Source: Eubacteriales bacterium (lineage in GTDB: Bacteria > Bacillota > Clostridia > Oscillospirales > JAAYXM01). Taken from it: a DNA stretch of 64,000 bases. A program made the position numbers and the translations under genes. The stretch lies in the NCBI GenBank assembly GCA_045580305.1, contig JAZNNQ010000054.1:46371-110370 (forward strand). Direction: 5' to 3'. Below are positions 1 to 9,467 of this stretch, in pieces (position 1 is the first letter of the stretch; each line of letters opens with the position of its first letter). A model generated the notes under the pieces. That model had not been told where the DNA came from, did no database searches, and worked only from the letters and a program-made list of their open reading frames with translations.

Positions 1-1
1 G

Positions 2-364
2 CCACTTAAAACCGGTGCGAGCCTTGCTGATCTGTTGCGCCGTCCTCAGGTGGAATATGAAAATATTGCAAAATTCGACAAAAATCGCCACGAGGATATA
101 ACAGGCGAAATTTTGGAGCAGGTACAAATTTCCCTTAAATACGAGGGTTATATCAAGCGTCAATACGCGCAAATTGAGCAATTCAAGCGTCTTGAGGAGC
201 GTCTTTTGCCCGAGGATATCGATTATGAATCCATTGCGGGGCTTAGAATTGAGGCGCGTCAAAAGCTTACCAAAGTGCGCCCAAGGTCATTGGGTCAAGC
301 TTCCCGTATTTCCGGTGTCAGTCCCGCGGATATGACCGCGCTTATGATGTTTTTAAATTTTTAG
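2..364 (+). CDS. mnmG: tRNA uridine 5-carboxymethylaminomethyl modification enzyme MnmG (GidA), C-terminal fragment; the 5' end lies outside the window
   Basis: The frame is open to the left window edge. The tail ...RPRSLGQASRISGVSPADMTALMMFL matches the conserved MnmG C-terminal domain. rsmG follows 12 nt later, the canonical pair. Confidence 0.85.
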   Translation, partial: PLKTGASLADLLRRPQVEYENIAKFDKNRHEDITGEILEQVQISLKYEGYIKRQYAQIEQFKRLEERLLPEDIDYESIAGLRIEARQKLTKVRPRSLGQASRISGVSPADMTALMMFLNF

Positions 365-376
365 CGAGGAGTAGCT

Positions 377-1084
377 ATGTTTAACAAAATAAATGATGCA
401 CTCAAAAGTCTTAATATTTCCTTGGATCCCTTGGCAGAAGCCCGTTTTAGCAAGTATTGCGAGACTCTTATTGAGACCAATAAGGTTATGAATCTTACCG
501 CAATTACCGAGCCCGAGGAGATCTATCTGCGCCACTTTGCAGACTCAGTATCCCTTCTTGCATGCGCCGATTTTAATGGCAAAAAGGTAATAGATGTAGG
601 TACCGGGGCAGGGTTTCCCGGACTTCCCTTAAAGATTGCAAATCCGGATTTTAAGCTTACTCTTCTTGACAGTCTGCGCAAAAGGGTGGATTTTTTGCAA
701 AATACCTGTAATTTACTCGAGCTTTCCGATGTGAACTGCATCCACGCTCGCGCGGAAGAAGCGGCAATGCAGTCGGATTTCCGCGATAGCTTCGATATTG
801 CTACCTCGCGTGCCGTGGCCTCCTTACCTACACTTTGCGAACTGTGCCTGCCTTATGTAAAGCCGGGCGGTCTTTTCCTTGCTATGAAGTCAAAGGACTA
901 TCGTGCTGAGCTTGAAGCTTCCGAAAACGCCATCCGCACACTTCAGGCGCGAGTTGAGCGAGTCTGGGAGTATTCCATTGAAGGCACAGACCTTTCCTAC
1001 TGTGTAATAGTAATTAAAAAACTGGCGAACACTCCCTCTAAATATCCCCGTCGTTTCGCTAAAATACAAAAAAATCCATTATAA
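377..1084 (+). CDS. rsmG: 16S rRNA (guanine527-N7)-methyltransferase RsmG (GidB)
   Basis: 235 aa with the SAM-binding motif VIDVGTGAGFPGLPLKI. It sits directly after mnmG. Confidence 0.9.
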   Translation: MFNKINDALKSLNISLDPLAEARFSKYCETLIETNKVMNLTAITEPEEIYLRHFADSVSLLACADFNGKKVIDVGTGAGFPGLPLKIANPDFKLTLLDSLRKRVDFLQNTCNLLELSDVNCIHARAEEAAMQSDFRDSFDIATSRAVASLPTLCELCLPYVKPGGLFLAMKSKDYRAELEASENAIRTLQARVERVWEYSIEGTDLSYCVIVIKKLANTPSKYPRRFAKIQKNPL

Positions 1085-1204
1085 TATTTGCTATTATTTG
1101 CGGTTTTTCTTGTATTTTTGCAATAATTTAATACTTTTTGTCGATAATTTCCTCTTTACTTATTTGGAAAAAACTGGTAATTTATAAGTAAGGAGGAATT
1201 TATT

Positions 1205-2017
1205 ATGCTCTACACCTTACGAAAAAAGGCGACCATTTCAGAGGCAGGTATAACTATGCTGCCGGTTGGCCGTATTGAGCCTAATCCCGCACAGCCGCGA
1301 AAGGTTTTTAATCCGGACGAGCTTCGCGACCTTTCTCACAGTATAGTTGAAAACGGCATTATTCAGCCTATAACCGTGCGCAAGCTTGATGAACGGTACA
1401 TATTGGTTGCCGGCGAGCGTCGTCTTCGAGCGGCAATTATGGCGGGTCTCCGGGAAATCCCCGCAATAGTTTCCGACATAGACGAGCGCCAATCCTCCCT
1501 GATCGCCCTTATTGAAAATCTCCAGCGCAGCGACCTTGATTTTTTTGAGGAGGCGTTGGGTATTGATAACCTAATTCGCGCCTACGGCTTTTCTCAGGAG
1601 GAAGCAGCAAGAAAGCTTGGTAAGTCACAATCCGCTATTTCCAATAAACTGCGGCTTTTAAAGCTTCCGCAGAAGCTAATAAGGCTTATTGTTGAAAATA
1701 ATCTTACCGAACGCCACGCCCGTGCACTGTTACGGCTGGAAGACCCCGAAAAGCAGGAGCCCGCACTGAAACACATAATAGATCGAAAACTTAATGTGTC
1801 CCAGACCGATGAATATATTGAAAATCTGCTTATGGCAAAAAAGCGCCCCGACCCTCAGCGCACGGTTTTTGTTTTCAAGGATGTACGGCCTTTTGTAAAT
1901 ACCATAAACCACGCGGTGGAAACCATGCGTTCCTCGGGGATAAAGGCGGATGTGAAACAAAACGAGGACGCGGACGCTTTGCATATGACTATCAGCATTT
2001 ACAAATCAACACGCTAA
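1205..2017 (+). CDS. noc: ParB-family protein in the Noc (nucleoid occlusion) position
   Basis: ParB N-terminal motifs IEPNPAQPRK and VAGERRLRAA, plus an HTH region (QEEAARKLGKSQSAISNKLRLLKLP). It lies between rsmG and soj as noc does in Bacillus. AGGAGG sits 8 nt upstream of the ATG. Confidence 0.7.
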   Translation: MLYTLRKKATISEAGITMLPVGRIEPNPAQPRKVFNPDELRDLSHSIVENGIIQPITVRKLDERYILVAGERRLRAAIMAGLREIPAIVSDIDERQSSLIALIENLQRSDLDFFEEALGIDNLIRAYGFSQEEAARKLGKSQSAISNKLRLLKLPQKLIRLIVENNLTERHARALLRLEDPEKQEPALKHIIDRKLNVSQTDEYIENLLMAKKRPDPQRTVFVFKDVRPFVNTINHAVETMRSSGIKADVKQNEDADALHMTISIYKSTR

Positions 2018-2018
2018 A

Positions 2019-2072
2019 TGTTCCACGTGAAACAATGTTCCATGTGGAACATTTTTTGTTTCACATGGAACA
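2019..2072. promoter_or_regulatory. Three tandem parS-like centromere sites
   Basis: 2019-2034 TGTTCCACGTGAAACA matches the Firmicute parS consensus exactly. 2036-2051 is TGTTCCATGTGGAACA and 2057-2072 is TGTTTCACATGGAACA. They start 2 nt after the noc stop and lie upstream of soj. Confidence 0.8.
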
Positions 2073-2154
2073 TTTCCTATTGAAATATCATTTCTTTGTG
2101 GTATAATGTTTTTATAGGTTTTAGCTTTGATTTTTAAATAGGATAGGTGATGAT

Positions 2155-2928
2155 ATGGCAAAGGTGATTGCCCTCGCCAACCAAAAAGGCGGCGTAGGAA
2201 AAACAACCACTTGCGTCAATCTGTCCGCCGCTTTACATACATTGGGAAAACGCGTGCTTTTGTGTGATATGGATCCCCAGGGCCACGCTACCATCGGTTT
2301 TGGTGTAAGTAAACGGGACAGTGGCGCTACTGTTTATGATGTTTTAATCGGGCGTGTTTCCGCCAAGGACGCAGTGAGAACTACTCCTTATGGCGATCTT
2401 CTTTCAGCAAACACCAATTTGGCAGGCGCGGAAGTTGAAATGATGTCTATGGACAACCGCCATTATATATTGCGAGATGCGATAAACTCCGTTCGTGAAA
2501 ATTACGATTATGTTTTAATCGATTGTCCTCCGTCTTTAGGTCAACTTACTATTAATGCTCTTTGTGCGGCAGATACGGTGCTTGTACCGGTTGATTGCGG
2601 TTTTTACGCTTTGGAGGGTCTTTCCGCTCTTACTGCGACTATGTCCACACTTAAAAAGGCTCTTAATCCTGCACTGGATATTGAGGGTGTGTTGCTTACA
2701 ATGTTTGACGGGCGCACAAATCTTTCGATCCAGATCGCGCAGGAGGTAAAGCGCTTTTTCCCGGGCAAGGTGTTTGCTACCGCAATTCCGAGAAATGTGC
2801 GTCTCGCCGAGGCTCCCAGCCACGGTAAGCCTATAAATGTATATGATAAATTCTCCAAAGGAGCAGAGTGTTACGCTCTTTTAGCGCAGGAAATTATAGA
2901 AAGAAGCGAAAAGGAGGTCGGGAAATGA
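2155..2928 (+). CDS. soj: Chromosome partitioning ATPase ParA/Soj
   Basis: 257 aa with the deviant Walker A motif NQKGGVGKTTT. The stop overlaps the spo0J start by 4 nt (ATGA). Confidence 0.92.
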   Translation: MAKVIALANQKGGVGKTTTCVNLSAALHTLGKRVLLCDMDPQGHATIGFGVSKRDSGATVYDVLIGRVSAKDAVRTTPYGDLLSANTNLAGAEVEMMSMDNRHYILRDAINSVRENYDYVLIDCPPSLGQLTINALCAADTVLVPVDCGFYALEGLSALTATMSTLKKALNPALDIEGVLLTMFDGRTNLSIQIAQEVKRFFPGKVFATAIPRNVRLAEAPSHGKPINVYDKFSKGAECYALLAQEIIERSEKEVGK

Positions 2929-3794
2929 GTGCAAAAGGACTTGGAATGGGCTTAGATGCTCTTTTTATGACCGGCAATGAAACCGTCAAGTCAGATAGCG
3001 GCATATCTCTTGTGAAGCTTTCCCAGGTTGAGCCGAATTTGGCGCAGCCCCGAAAGGATTTTGACCCCGAGGCGCTCGCCGATCTTGCTGAATCTATTAA
3101 AACTCACGGAATATTACAGCCCCTTGCGGTAAGGCAGTTACCAAACGGCCGTTACCAGATAATTGCGGGTGAGCGCCGTTGGCGCGCGGCGCGAGAAGCA
3201 GGGCTTGTTGAGGTTCCGGTTTATATCGTGGAGGCCGACGACAAGAAGGTTATGGAGCTTGCTCTGGTTGAAAATCTGCAGAGGCAGGACCTTAATCCCA
3301 TTGAAGAGGCGGAAGGCTACCGCGTTTTAATGGACGAATTCAATTTAACACAAGAAGATTGCGCGTTGAGAATAGGCAAATCCCGTTCCGCCGTGGCAAA
3401 TACCTTAAGACTTCTTTCACTTACACCCGAGGTTCGCGAAATGGTGTCCGACGGACGCCTGAGCGCAGGCCATGCCAAGGCCCTTTTAGCTATCGCAAAC
3501 CCGGATAAGCAGAAAAAAGCAGCGGCTGTTGTCTTAGAAAAGAATTACAATGTGCGCCAAACCGAGCTTCTGGCAAAAAAACTTCTTGAAGAGACCAATA
3601 AGAAGGAAGATAAAAAACCTTCAGTTTCCGTTAACTATCTCGAAGAGATCGAGCGAAGTCTTTCCGGAAAGCTTGGCAGAAAAGTAAAAGTCACAAGCGG
3701 CCGTAAGAAAGGTAAGCTTGAACTTGAATTCTATAATCCGGAAGATTTGGAAAAATTAATCGCCCTTTTGGAGCAGATTGGGAGGGAATTATAA
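2925..3794 (+). CDS. spo0J: Chromosome partitioning protein ParB/Spo0J
   Basis: ParB boxes VEPNLAQPRKDF and IAGERRWRAA, plus an HTH (QEDCALRIGKSRSAVANTLRLL). I chose the ATG at 2925 with GGAGG upstream; the ORF-track start at 2868 is probably too early. Confidence 0.9.
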   Translation: MSAKGLGMGLDALFMTGNETVKSDSGISLVKLSQVEPNLAQPRKDFDPEALADLAESIKTHGILQPLAVRQLPNGRYQIIAGERRWRAAREAGLVEVPVYIVEADDKKVMELALVENLQRQDLNPIEEAEGYRVLMDEFNLTQEDCALRIGKSRSAVANTLRLLSLTPEVREMVSDGRLSAGHAKALLAIANPDKQKKAAAVVLEKNYNVRQTELLAKKLLEETNKKEDKKPSVSVNYLEEIERSLSGKLGRKVKVTSGRKKGKLELEFYNPEDLEKLIALLEQIGREL

Positions 3795-3796
3795 TC

Positions 3797-4267
3797 ATGA
3801 GTAATGAAGAAAAGAAAAGTATGAAGCCGTCACGGAATTTCTTTGTTTTTTACTGCATTGTCCTTTTTCTCTTTGCGGCTATTTTGATTACTGTTTCTTA
3901 TTTATCTCAGGCCCGCGTTGAGCAGCAGCTTGTGGACACTACCGAAAAGGCGGAAGGTTTTGCTTCCCGTCTTGAGCAGGCAAATGCCAAGAATGCGGAG
4001 TTTGAGACAACTATTGTAGAACAGAAGGCGCAGATCGATACTCTTACCAAACAGGTTACGGAATCTACCGCAAAGCTCACAGAGCAAGAAAAGCAAATTT
4101 CCGCGGCAGATTATCTCTGGAAACTTATTAAGGCAAGTTATCAGAAAAAGTATGGCGACTGCCGTTCAATTATCGCTATGATCGACTCCAACGGCTTACG
4201 CCAATATTTGAGTCCCGAGGGGCTTAAAGAACTCGAAAGAATTGAAAAAATCACGAAAGGTGTATGA
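3797..4267 (+). CDS. Small membrane-anchored coiled-coil protein, DUF4446-like by position downstream of spo0J
   Basis: 156 aa with one N-terminal TM helix (FFVFYCIVLFLFAAILITVSYL) followed by a coiled-coil-like region. The family assignment is from memory of clostridial spo0J neighbourhoods and was not searched. Confidence 0.5.
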   Translation: MSNEEKKSMKPSRNFFVFYCIVLFLFAAILITVSYLSQARVEQQLVDTTEKAEGFASRLEQANAKNAEFETTIVEQKAQIDTLTKQVTESTAKLTEQEKQISAADYLWKLIKASYQKKYGDCRSIIAMIDSNGLRQYLSPEGLKELERIEKITKGV

Positions 4268-4272
4268 TTTAA

Positions 4273-5550
4273 ATGTTAGATATCAGAGTAATTAAAGAAA
4301 ATCCGGAAAAGGTCAAGGCTTCTCTTGCCCGCCGCAACAAAAGCTACGATGCCGAGATCGACAGAGTATTGGAGCTTGACGCGGCTCGCCGTGAATTAAT
4401 CGGAAAGACCGAGGCCCTCAAGGCAGAGCAAAACACGGTTTCCAAGAAGATCCCCCAGATGAAGAAAGCAGGGGAAGATGTGAGCGCGGTTTTTGCTGAA
4501 ATGAAAAAAATTGCGGACACTGTTAAGGAATTAGACGCGAAGCTCCGTGAGATTGACGATGAAATTTTAGCAACCCTTCTTCCTATTCCCAACACGCCCA
4601 ATGACAGAATACCCGATGGTTTGGACAGCGACAGCAATGTTGAGATCCGCCGTGTTGGTACACCTCGCGAGTTTGATTTCGAGCCCAAAGCACACTGGGA
4701 TATCGGCGAAAATCTCGGAACATTAGATCCTGCTACTGCAGCAAAGGTTACCGGTGCACGCTTCCACTTCTACTGCGGTGCCGCTGCAAAGCTTGAGCGC
4801 GCTATTATGAACTTTTTCCTTGACAGCCATGCTGAACACGGATACACCGAAATTTTCCCTCCCTTTATGGTAAATCGTGCATCAATGACCGGTACCGGCC
4901 AGCTTCCCAAATTTGAAGAAGATGCATTTAAAGTTGAAGGTACCGATTATTTCCTTATCCCTACTGCTGAGGTCCCGGTTACCAATATGCACAGAAATGA
5001 AATCCTTGACGGTCTTGATGATGCAATTAAATACTGCGCTTATTCCGCTTGCTTCCGTGCCGAGGCGGGCAGTGCGGGCCGTGATACACGCGGTCTTATT
5101 CGTCAGCATCAGTTTAATAAGGTAGAGCTTGTAAAGTTTGCTACACCTGAGAAATCTTATGATGAATTAGAGTCTCTCACCCGCGATGCAGAATATGTTC
5201 TCGAAAAATTAGGTCTTCCGTATCGTGTAGTTATGCTTTGTGCCGGCGATCTCGGCTTCTCTTCTGCAATGACCTACGATATTGAGGTTTGGATGCCCTC
5301 CTACGGCAGATATGTTGAGATTTCCTCTTGCTCCAACTTTGAGGATTATCAGGCACGCCGCGCTTCCATCCGCTTTAAGAATGCTGAGTCTCCTAAGCCC
5401 CGCTTGGTTCACACATTAAACGGCTCCGGCGTCGCTCTCGGTCGTACAACCGCCGCTATTTTAGAGAATTATCAGAATGCCGACGGCTCTGTTACTATTC
5501 CCGAGGCGCTTCGTCCTTACTTAAACGGTTTAGAGAAAATTACTCTGTAA
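4273..5550 (+). CDS. serS: Seryl-tRNA synthetase
   Basis: 425 aa with an N-terminal coiled-coil arm and class II motifs ([30 protein letters not shown]). Confidence 0.95.
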   Translation: MLDIRVIKENPEKVKASLARRNKSYDAEIDRVLELDAARRELIGKTEALKAEQNTVSKKIPQMKKAGEDVSAVFAEMKKIADTVKELDAKLREIDDEILATLLPIPNTPNDRIPDGLDSDSNVEIRRVGTPREFDFEPKAHWDIGENLGTLDPATAAKVTGARFHFYCGAAAKLERAIMNFFLDSHAEHGYTEIFPPFMVNRASMTGTGQLPKFEEDAFKVEGTDYFLIPTAEVPVTNMHRNEILDGLDDAIKYCAYSACFRAEAGSAGRDTRGLIRQHQFNKVELVKFATPEKSYDELESLTRDAEYVLEKLGLPYRVVMLCAGDLGFSSAMTYDIEVWMPSYGRYVEISSCSNFEDYQARRASIRFKNAESPKPRLVHTLNGSGVALGRTTAAILENYQNADGSVTIPEALRPYLNGLEKITL

Positions 5551-5556
5551 AGAGCA

Positions 5557-5593
5557 CAAAAACCCCGTATCCTTTAGGATACGGGGTTTTTTT
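5557..5593. terminator. Bidirectional intrinsic terminator between convergent serS and jag
   Basis: 10-bp stem CCCCGTATCC/GGATACGGGG with a 4-nt loop, flanked by an A-run and a T-run. Confidence 0.85.
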
Positions 5594-5602
5594 ATATTTC
5601 TT

Positions 5603-6280
5603 TTACTTACTGTAACGGGGACGGTAGGGACGGCGGTAGGTTGCCGCATCGCTTCCGGTGTAGTTGATAACCACACGGCGGTTAGGCTCAACGCCTGTTG
5701 AAGAGGTTGATATGTTCTCAACATCCTGAAGGGTTGCGTGAATAACATGACGCTCATAAGCGTTCATAGGCTCAAGAACTTTATTTCTCTTATACTTAAG
5801 CACCTGGCCTGCAACCTTCTTTGCAAGGTTTTCCAGAGTCTCTGCACGCTTTGCACGGTAATTTTCGGTATCTACCATAACGCGTATATGCTCATCACGA
5901 CCTTTGTTTGCAACTAAATTTGCAATGTGCTGGATCGCATCAAGCGTTTCACCGCGACGACCGATGAGCATACCCATATTCTCACCGCTAAGCTCGATGG
6001 CGATGTTGCCCTCCTCGGTCATTTTGGACTCTACCTTAGCGTCATCACCCATTTTCTGGAGCATGGTAGCAAGAAAATCCTCGACGCTTGAAGCGCTCTC
6101 TGCTTCCTCTAAAGATACTAAAACCTTTGCAGGGGTACTGCCGATGCCTAAAAAGCCGGATTTTGGGGTTTCAAGAACCTCTACAGATACTAAATCGCGA
6201 TCTTCAATACCAAGCATTTCAAGAGCTGCCGCAACAGCCTCTTCTATTGTTTTTCCCTGTGCTTCAACACTTTTTTTCAT
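5603..6280 (-). CDS. jag: Jag/KhpB RNA-binding protein (Jag_N, KH and R3H domains)
   Basis: 225 aa. The tail contains an R3H-type motif (ERHVIHATL). It lies immediately downstream of yidC as in Firmicutes. Confidence 0.85.
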   Translation of the reverse strand: MKKSVEAQGKTIEEAVAAALEMLGIEDRDLVSVEVLETPKSGFLGIGSTPAKVLVSLEEAESASSVEDFLATMLQKMGDDAKVESKMTEEGNIAIELSGENMGMLIGRRGETLDAIQHIANLVANKGRDEHIRVMVDTENYRAKRAETLENLAKKVAGQVLKYKRNKVLEPMNAYERHVIHATLQDVENISTSSTGVEPNRRVVINYTGSDAATYRRPYRPRYSK

Positions 6281-7078
6281 TTACTTTTTCCCCTCCTGTT
6301 TTTTTGACGGTTTGTATTTTGAATAATACCACTGAAGTGCCGGCTCCTGTGCAACTGAAAGCAGGTTATTTACTACCCAATAGAAGCCGAGGCCTGCCGG
6401 AACGACAAATGCGATCCATACCGACATAAGCGGCATAAGCATTGTCATCATACCGGTTGACGGGTTTTCCTGACCGTTTGCAGGTGCGGGCTGATACTTC
6501 TTTGATATCCAGGAGAACAAATAAGATGTAGCACCGGAAAGAATCGGGATTATCCAAAGAATATTGAACTGACTGAAGCTGGGTGTGCCGGATAGGTCAA
6601 TACCTAAGAAATTAAAATCAACCATACCGGAAACCGCTGCTATCTGGATCTCAGCGTTGCTGACGCCCATATCAAGCGCTACCTTAAACTGCTCGGCAAG
6701 AGCTTTGATTGCAGCCTCGTCCATACCAAACATAAAAGTGAGCGGCTGACGGACAACAGCGTAAAGACCAAGCATTATAGGGAATGTGAGAAGAAGGGGG
6801 AGACATCCACCCATCATACTTACATTTTCCTCTTTATAAAGCTTCTGAACGGCAAGTGCATATTTTTCCTTATCATCTTTATATTTTTTTTCAAGCTCCT
6901 TGAGTTTCGGCTGGATCTTCTGCATTCCGATCATACTTTTTTTGCTTTTCATCTGGAAAGGCAGGAGAACGAGCTTTGCAAGAAGAGTAAAGAGAATAAG
7001 AGAAATGCCGTAAGATCCGAAAATTTCATAAAGTTGCATTAATACCCATCCAAAAGGACGCGCAATAAAATCAAACAT
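6281..7078 (-). CDS. yidC: Membrane protein insertase YidC/OxaA/SpoIIIJ
   Basis: 265 aa, multi-TM, basic C-terminal tail, in the conserved rnpA-yidD-yidC-jag order. Confidence 0.9.
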   Translation of the reverse strand: MFDFIARPFGWVLMQLYEIFGSYGISLILFTLLAKLVLLPFQMKSKKSMIGMQKIQPKLKELEKKYKDDKEKYALAVQKLYKEENVSMMGGCLPLLLTFPIMLGLYAVVRQPLTFMFGMDEAAIKALAEQFKVALDMGVSNAEIQIAAVSGMVDFNFLGIDLSGTPSFSQFNILWIIPILSGATSYLFSWISKKYQPAPANGQENPSTGMMTMLMPLMSVWIAFVVPAGLGFYWVVNNLLSVAQEPALQWYYSKYKPSKKQEGKK

Positions 7079-7099
7079 ATTAAAATTACCTTTCTTTTA

Positions 7100-7312
7100 T
7101 TACTCTACCGGGTCATACCCGGATTTCCCGCTAAAGGGATGACAACGAAGCAGGCGACGAATCGCCAGATACGAGCCCTTCAGGGCACCGTATTTTTCAA
7201 TAGCCTCCAGCGCATATTGCGAGCAGGTAGGCGTAAACCGACAGCAGGGCGGCTTGTGGGGAGATATACTTTTTCTGTAAAAGCGAATTAAAAATAAAAG
7301 AAATCTTTTCAT
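7100..7312 (-). CDS. yidD: Membrane protein insertion efficiency factor YidD
   Basis: 70 aa with the motif [19 protein letters not shown]. It overlaps the rnpA stop by 4 nt. Confidence 0.9.
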   Translation of the reverse strand: MKRFLLFLIRFYRKSISPHKPPCCRFTPTCSQYALEAIEKYGALKGSYLAIRRLLRCHPFSGKSGYDPVE

Positions 7313-7653
7313 TCTTCATCCCCAACCAAAATACCCAACTCCTCTGCCAGCGAGAGAAGCGACTTCTCTATCTGCGCGTAGGTGGCATCCTTTGCCCTTA
7401 CTCGCGCAACTACAATAATATCCGCACAGTCCGAGAAACGCGCTTCATTAAGACGAAACGCCTCACGAATACGACGGCGGACGCGGTTTCTGATTACCGC
7501 ACAACCAACCTTTGTACTTACCGTAATCCCAAGGCGCCGCGGCCCCTTCTTTTTCTCAATAGCATAAAGAGCAAGATAGGGGGATACCTTAGATTTTCCA
7601 CGGTTATAAAGGCGGCGAAATTCATAATTTTTCTTAATTGTATCAGTTTTCAT
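7309..7653 (-). CDS. rnpA: Ribonuclease P protein component
   Basis: 114 aa, basic, with the RNR-type motif [13 protein letters not shown]. It lies downstream of rpmH. Confidence 0.9.
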   Translation of the reverse strand: MKTDTIKKNYEFRRLYNRGKSKVSPYLALYAIEKKKGPRRLGITVSTKVGCAVIRNRVRRRIREAFRLNEARFSDCADIIVVARVRAKDATYAQIEKSLLSLAEELGILVGDEE

Positions 7654-7746
7654 TCAAGAGCTCCTGACAATAAAAAAGGGTAAGCATTAAGCGACATTAG
7701 TTTTTGCCACTTCCCACTTACCGCTTAATTTGCAACTTATCGTCGC

Positions 7747-7881
7747 TTAGTGTGTAAGACGAGCTCTGCCCTTTGCACGGCGTCTTGCTAAAACCTTCTT
7801 GCCGTTACGGGTGCTCATTCTTTTTCTAAAACCATGCTCCTTAGCACGATGTCTCTTCTTAGGCTGGAATGTACGAACCAT
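7747..7881 (-). CDS. rpmH: 50S ribosomal protein L34
   Basis: Absent from the ORF track because it is under 60 aa. My reverse-complement translation gives [44 protein letters not shown], 44 aa, with GGAGG upstream. Confidence 0.93.
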   Translation of the reverse strand: MVRTFQPKKRHRAKEHGFRKRMSTRNGKKVLARRRAKGRARLTH

Positions 7882-8069
7882 TTAAAACACCTCCAAATCA
7901 AATTTTCTGTTATAAATACCGGACTAAGTCCGCTTTTTCAGGCTTATGCCGCTATCCATAACTGCCTGATACGGGTACATAGGCTATTATATAACAGGTT
8001 ATTTCCATATGTCAAGAAAAACTTTTGCAAAAAACACTTTTTTTTATCCTATTTTTTCCGTAATTTTGT

Positions 8070-8098
8070 TTGCTTTTTTAGGGTTTTTATGCTACAAT
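8070..8098 (+). promoter_or_regulatory. Candidate sigma-A promoter for dnaA
   Basis: TTGCTT (8070-8075), a 17-nt spacer ending in TGC (extended -10), then TACAAT (8093-8098). Confidence 0.55.
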
Positions 8099-8160
8099 GT
8101 AATAGTAAAATTTTCGTTTCCAAACAAAGGTTTTAACTATATAAAAGGGGATATATTTTT

Positions 8161-9465
8161 ATGAATTCTGCTGCTGATGTTTGGTCTATGGTCTTACAGA
8201 TCATGTCGCAACAAATGAACATTAATGAAATAACCATAAACACCTGGTTTAATGACGCTTCGGCGGTTTCTTTTGACAATAATAAACTTGTTATTGCAAC
8301 TCCCACACCATTTAAAAAAGAGCGTATTGTAAGCCTTTATAAAGATAAAATTTTAGAGGCACTTAAACTCCTTTTTTCTATGAATATTGAACTTGATATT
8401 TATGCTGAAAATGAAATAAGTTCCGAACCTATTAAGAATCTTCCCGATGACGATGATTATTCTTTCGAACGCTTTATTGTCGGAAGCTCTAACCAAATGG
8501 CGCATGCCGCGGCAAAAGCAGCTGCCGAGAAACCTGCTTCCGTTCATAATAACCCACTTCTTATTTACGGTGGACCGGGACTTGGAAAAACGCATCTTCT
8601 CAACGCTATTTCCGGTACAACCAAGAAAAATAATCCCAATGCAAATGTTGTATATGTAAATGCTGAATTTTTTACAAATGAACTTATCGAATGCATCAGA
8701 AACGGTGATGTCTCTGTTTTCCGTAATAAATACAGAAATAGCGACCTTCTCCTGGTAGACGATATTCAGTTTATTGCCGGTAAAGAGCGTACTCAAGAAG
8801 AGTTTTTCCATACTTTTAACGCTCTTTATGATGCTAAAAAGCAGATAGTACTTACATCAGATCGTCTTCCCAAGGAAATGGCAACTCTTGAAGAAAGACT
8901 TCGTACTCGTTTTGAAGCTGGCCTTATGGTAGATATTCAGCCGCCGGATTACGAAACAAGAATGGCAATTATAAGCCATAAAGCAAATCGCCTTGGTCTT
9001 AATTTACCACAGGACTTAAAAGAACTCATTGCAAACAGCATTACCTCAAATGTCCGCCAACTTGAAGGTGTTGTTAAAAAAATTCTTGCCCAGCGCGATC
9101 TTGTTTCAGCAGAAATAAATGAAGAAACGGTAAATGAAGCTATAAAGATTGTATTTAAAGAAAATACCGGTCTTAACCCTACTCCCGAAATGGTTGTTTC
9201 CGAGGTTTCAAAATACTATCAAATTGAAGAAGACGAAATTAAGGGTAAAAATCGCTCAAAAAATATTGTTCTTGCCCGTCAGGTTTCTATGTACTTAATT
9301 TATACTATTATTCCTTCTTCATCATATCCCGATATTGCAAAGTTTTTTAAATGTGATCATACAACAGTTATGCACTCCTGTAACAAAATTAAGGATAAAT
9401 GTAAAGAAAACGAAGAACTTGAAAGAATAGTCAAAGATATTAAAAACAACATTATCGGCAAATAA
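8161..9465 (+). CDS. dnaA: Chromosomal replication initiator DnaA
   Basis: 434 aa with AAA+ Walker A GGPGLGKTHL and the C-terminal DNA-binding domain (...ARQVSMYLIY...DHTTVMHSCNKI). Confidence 0.97.
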   Translation: MNSAADVWSMVLQIMSQQMNINEITINTWFNDASAVSFDNNKLVIATPTPFKKERIVSLYKDKILEALKLLFSMNIELDIYAENEISSEPIKNLPDDDDYSFERFIVGSSNQMAHAAAKAAAEKPASVHNNPLLIYGGPGLGKTHLLNAISGTTKKNNPNANVVYVNAEFFTNELIECIRNGDVSVFRNKYRNSDLLLVDDIQFIAGKERTQEEFFHTFNALYDAKKQIVLTSDRLPKEMATLEERLRTRFEAGLMVDIQPPDYETRMAIISHKANRLGLNLPQDLKELIANSITSNVRQLEGVVKKILAQRDLVSAEINEETVNEAIKIVFKENTGLNPTPEMVVSEVSKYYQIEEDEIKGKNRSKNIVLARQVSMYLIYTIIPSSSYPDIAKFFKCDHTTVMHSCNKIKDKCKENEELERIVKDIKNNIIGK

Positions 9466-9467
9466 TT

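Noticed and set aside
2756-2769. Noc-binding-site-like sequence TTTTCCCGGGCAAG inside soj, with a similar TATCCCGGGAAT near 37165
   Set aside because: It matches only about 10 of 14 positions of the B. subtilis NBS consensus ATTTCCCGGGAAAT. It lies within coding sequence, and the match is mostly the CCCGGG core. That is not enough to call.
7671-7730. Possible attenuator between rpmH and rnpA
   Set aside because: Two mutually exclusive pairings exist: ATTAAGCG/CGCTTAAT (8 bp) and GGTAAG/CTTACC (6 bp) followed by a U-run. The stems are short with loops of about 30 nt. This is too weak to claim without comparative data.
7834-8136. 100-aa plus-strand ORF
   Set aside because: It starts antisense to rpmH and runs through the AT-rich rpmH-dnaA origin/promoter spacer. 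It has no RBS and an implausible sequence.
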